Assembly (NCBI RefSeq): GCF_000281045.1
Contig: NW_008246092.1
Span: forward strand, 436,596 to 500,595
Direction of reading: 5' to 3'
DNA length: 64,000 nucleotides
From: Saprolegnia diclina VS20
Lineage: Eukaryota
This document shows positions 62,743 to 64,000 of this stretch, piece after piece (position 1 is the first letter of the stretch; each line of letters begins with the position of its first letter). Position numbers and translations under genes: made by a program. The notes beneath the pieces are model-generated. The model was given only the letters and a program-made list of their open reading frames with translations. It was not told where the DNA came from and ran no database searches.

Positions 62743-63730
62743 CTACGGCGTCTTGCGCAGCGTTGCGAGCTCGTCCTTGATGCTCTCGGCGGCGATCGTC
62801 GCGAGTTGCTTGCTAATGGCCTCGAGCAGCAGCTTCTACACATGTGCTTCGAAACCCTACGACACAAGGGCATGTAGGACCTTGATCTTGTCGTCAAAGC
62901 GGAGCGTGGCCTGGAAGACGTGGGCGTTGCGGCTGCACGTCTCGTCGAGGAGCTTGGTGTACACGAGCGTGAGCACCTCGCATAGCGAGACGACGAGCTC
63001 GCAATAGTCGAGCGGAAACGACTAGATGGAAATGAGGTAGTCGATACGAGGCTCGGCCGACGCACAATGTGGGGCGTGAGGAGGCGTCGATACGCAGGCT
63101 TTTGGTTCCACTTGCGCAGCGTTGGCCGGTGCGGCTCGCTGAGCTCCTTCTCACGCCCGCTTGCCTCGGTCGGGCGCTCATAGAGTGGGCCTTTGGGAGC
63201 GACCACAAGTTTCTACCACGTCGGTGACTGCAAGTGCGAGGACCAGACGCACTGACCATGTTTTGCAAAGTCGACGGCAAGAAGAAGAAGTCGAGTTCTT
63301 CCATGAGCTGGCAGCCTTCCAGCGCAAGATGCGACGGGTTGGTCATCTCGAGCAGCTTCCCGAGGCTCAGGCCCATGTAATAGAGCTGATGGCACCTAAT
63401 GCGCTATGTGACGTTTCACGCCCATTCATCGCCGCGAGGTACCTGCGCTGGAGCGCTTCCGGCGTCAGCACGCTCTTGAGGTTGAGCTGCTCTTCGCGCA
63501 CGAGGGCTACGTTGAGCTACGCAGCGAACGAAGTTGAGCCATCGCCCTGTCGTGTCGCTCCGTACAAAGTAGCTGCGCCGCGGGTCCATGTGCAGCGCCT
63601 TGAGGTACGCAAAGTCATTGCGCCGGAGCGTGACGAGGTCCTCGAGCAGCTTCTGCCGCTGCTGCGTCGCCAGGCGCGTGAGCTCTTCGACGTCCGAGCT
63701 GCTGCCGGTCGGGCTCCGAACAACGTCCAT
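62743..63730 (-). CDS. Conserved-looking uncharacterised helical protein
   Basis: FAYLKALH, YMGLSLGKLLE, LLTPHI/PFPLDYCELVVSLCEVLTLVYTKL, RFDDKIK; spliced. Confidence 0.7.
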
Positions 63731-64000
63731 CGTCGTCTGTGCAACCGGCGAGCCGGATATTTTTGTCGTATCCGGCACTTGCGATCTTTTTTTCGCAATC
63801 CCTTGTAGTCGGATCGATCCTTGCTATCCGATCCTCCAGCAGGATACTCGATATCGCGAGCAGATCGTATCCAAGTATATTAGTAGAGCGTTTAGTCGTC
63901 GTGCATTGGGAACGCGTGCACCTCGGGCCACCGCGGCTGCATGCGGCAGAACCAATAGATAAGGGTGAGGCAGCTCAACGTTGAGATGCTGACGCCGACA

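Overview
Gene-dense, GC-rich eukaryotic DNA with many very short (about 40-55 nt) spliceosomal introns. The gene families (START+FYVE, WRKY19-like Cys/His repeats), the INR+FPR core promoter and the intron style point to an oomycete, most likely Saprolegniaceae (inference). About 28 mostly spliced genes are present, so the ORF track shows exon fragments and antisense shadows. Recognisable genes: a membrane-anchored SMP-30/gluconolactonase, an IolG-like dehydrogenase, CDC14, a TSNAXIP1-like protein, a C2H2 factor, GGC1, ERMP1, PGM2, BCAS3, HutG, importin-11, SLC25A44 and MCM3. Highlights: (1) an 8-intron, TIR-less, apparently catalytically dead Mutator-transposase gene that keeps its DNA-binding and SWIM fingers (candidate domesticated MULE); (2) a spliced SAPS/PP6R + PH + SnoaL fusion; (3) a Cdc14 with a natural HCEGGLGR P-loop; (4) an intronless bacterial-type hutG with a putative transit peptide; (5) a CCGGATA element recurring upstream of many genes. 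Exon boundaries were read by eye and family calls come from motif recognition; no database searches were run.
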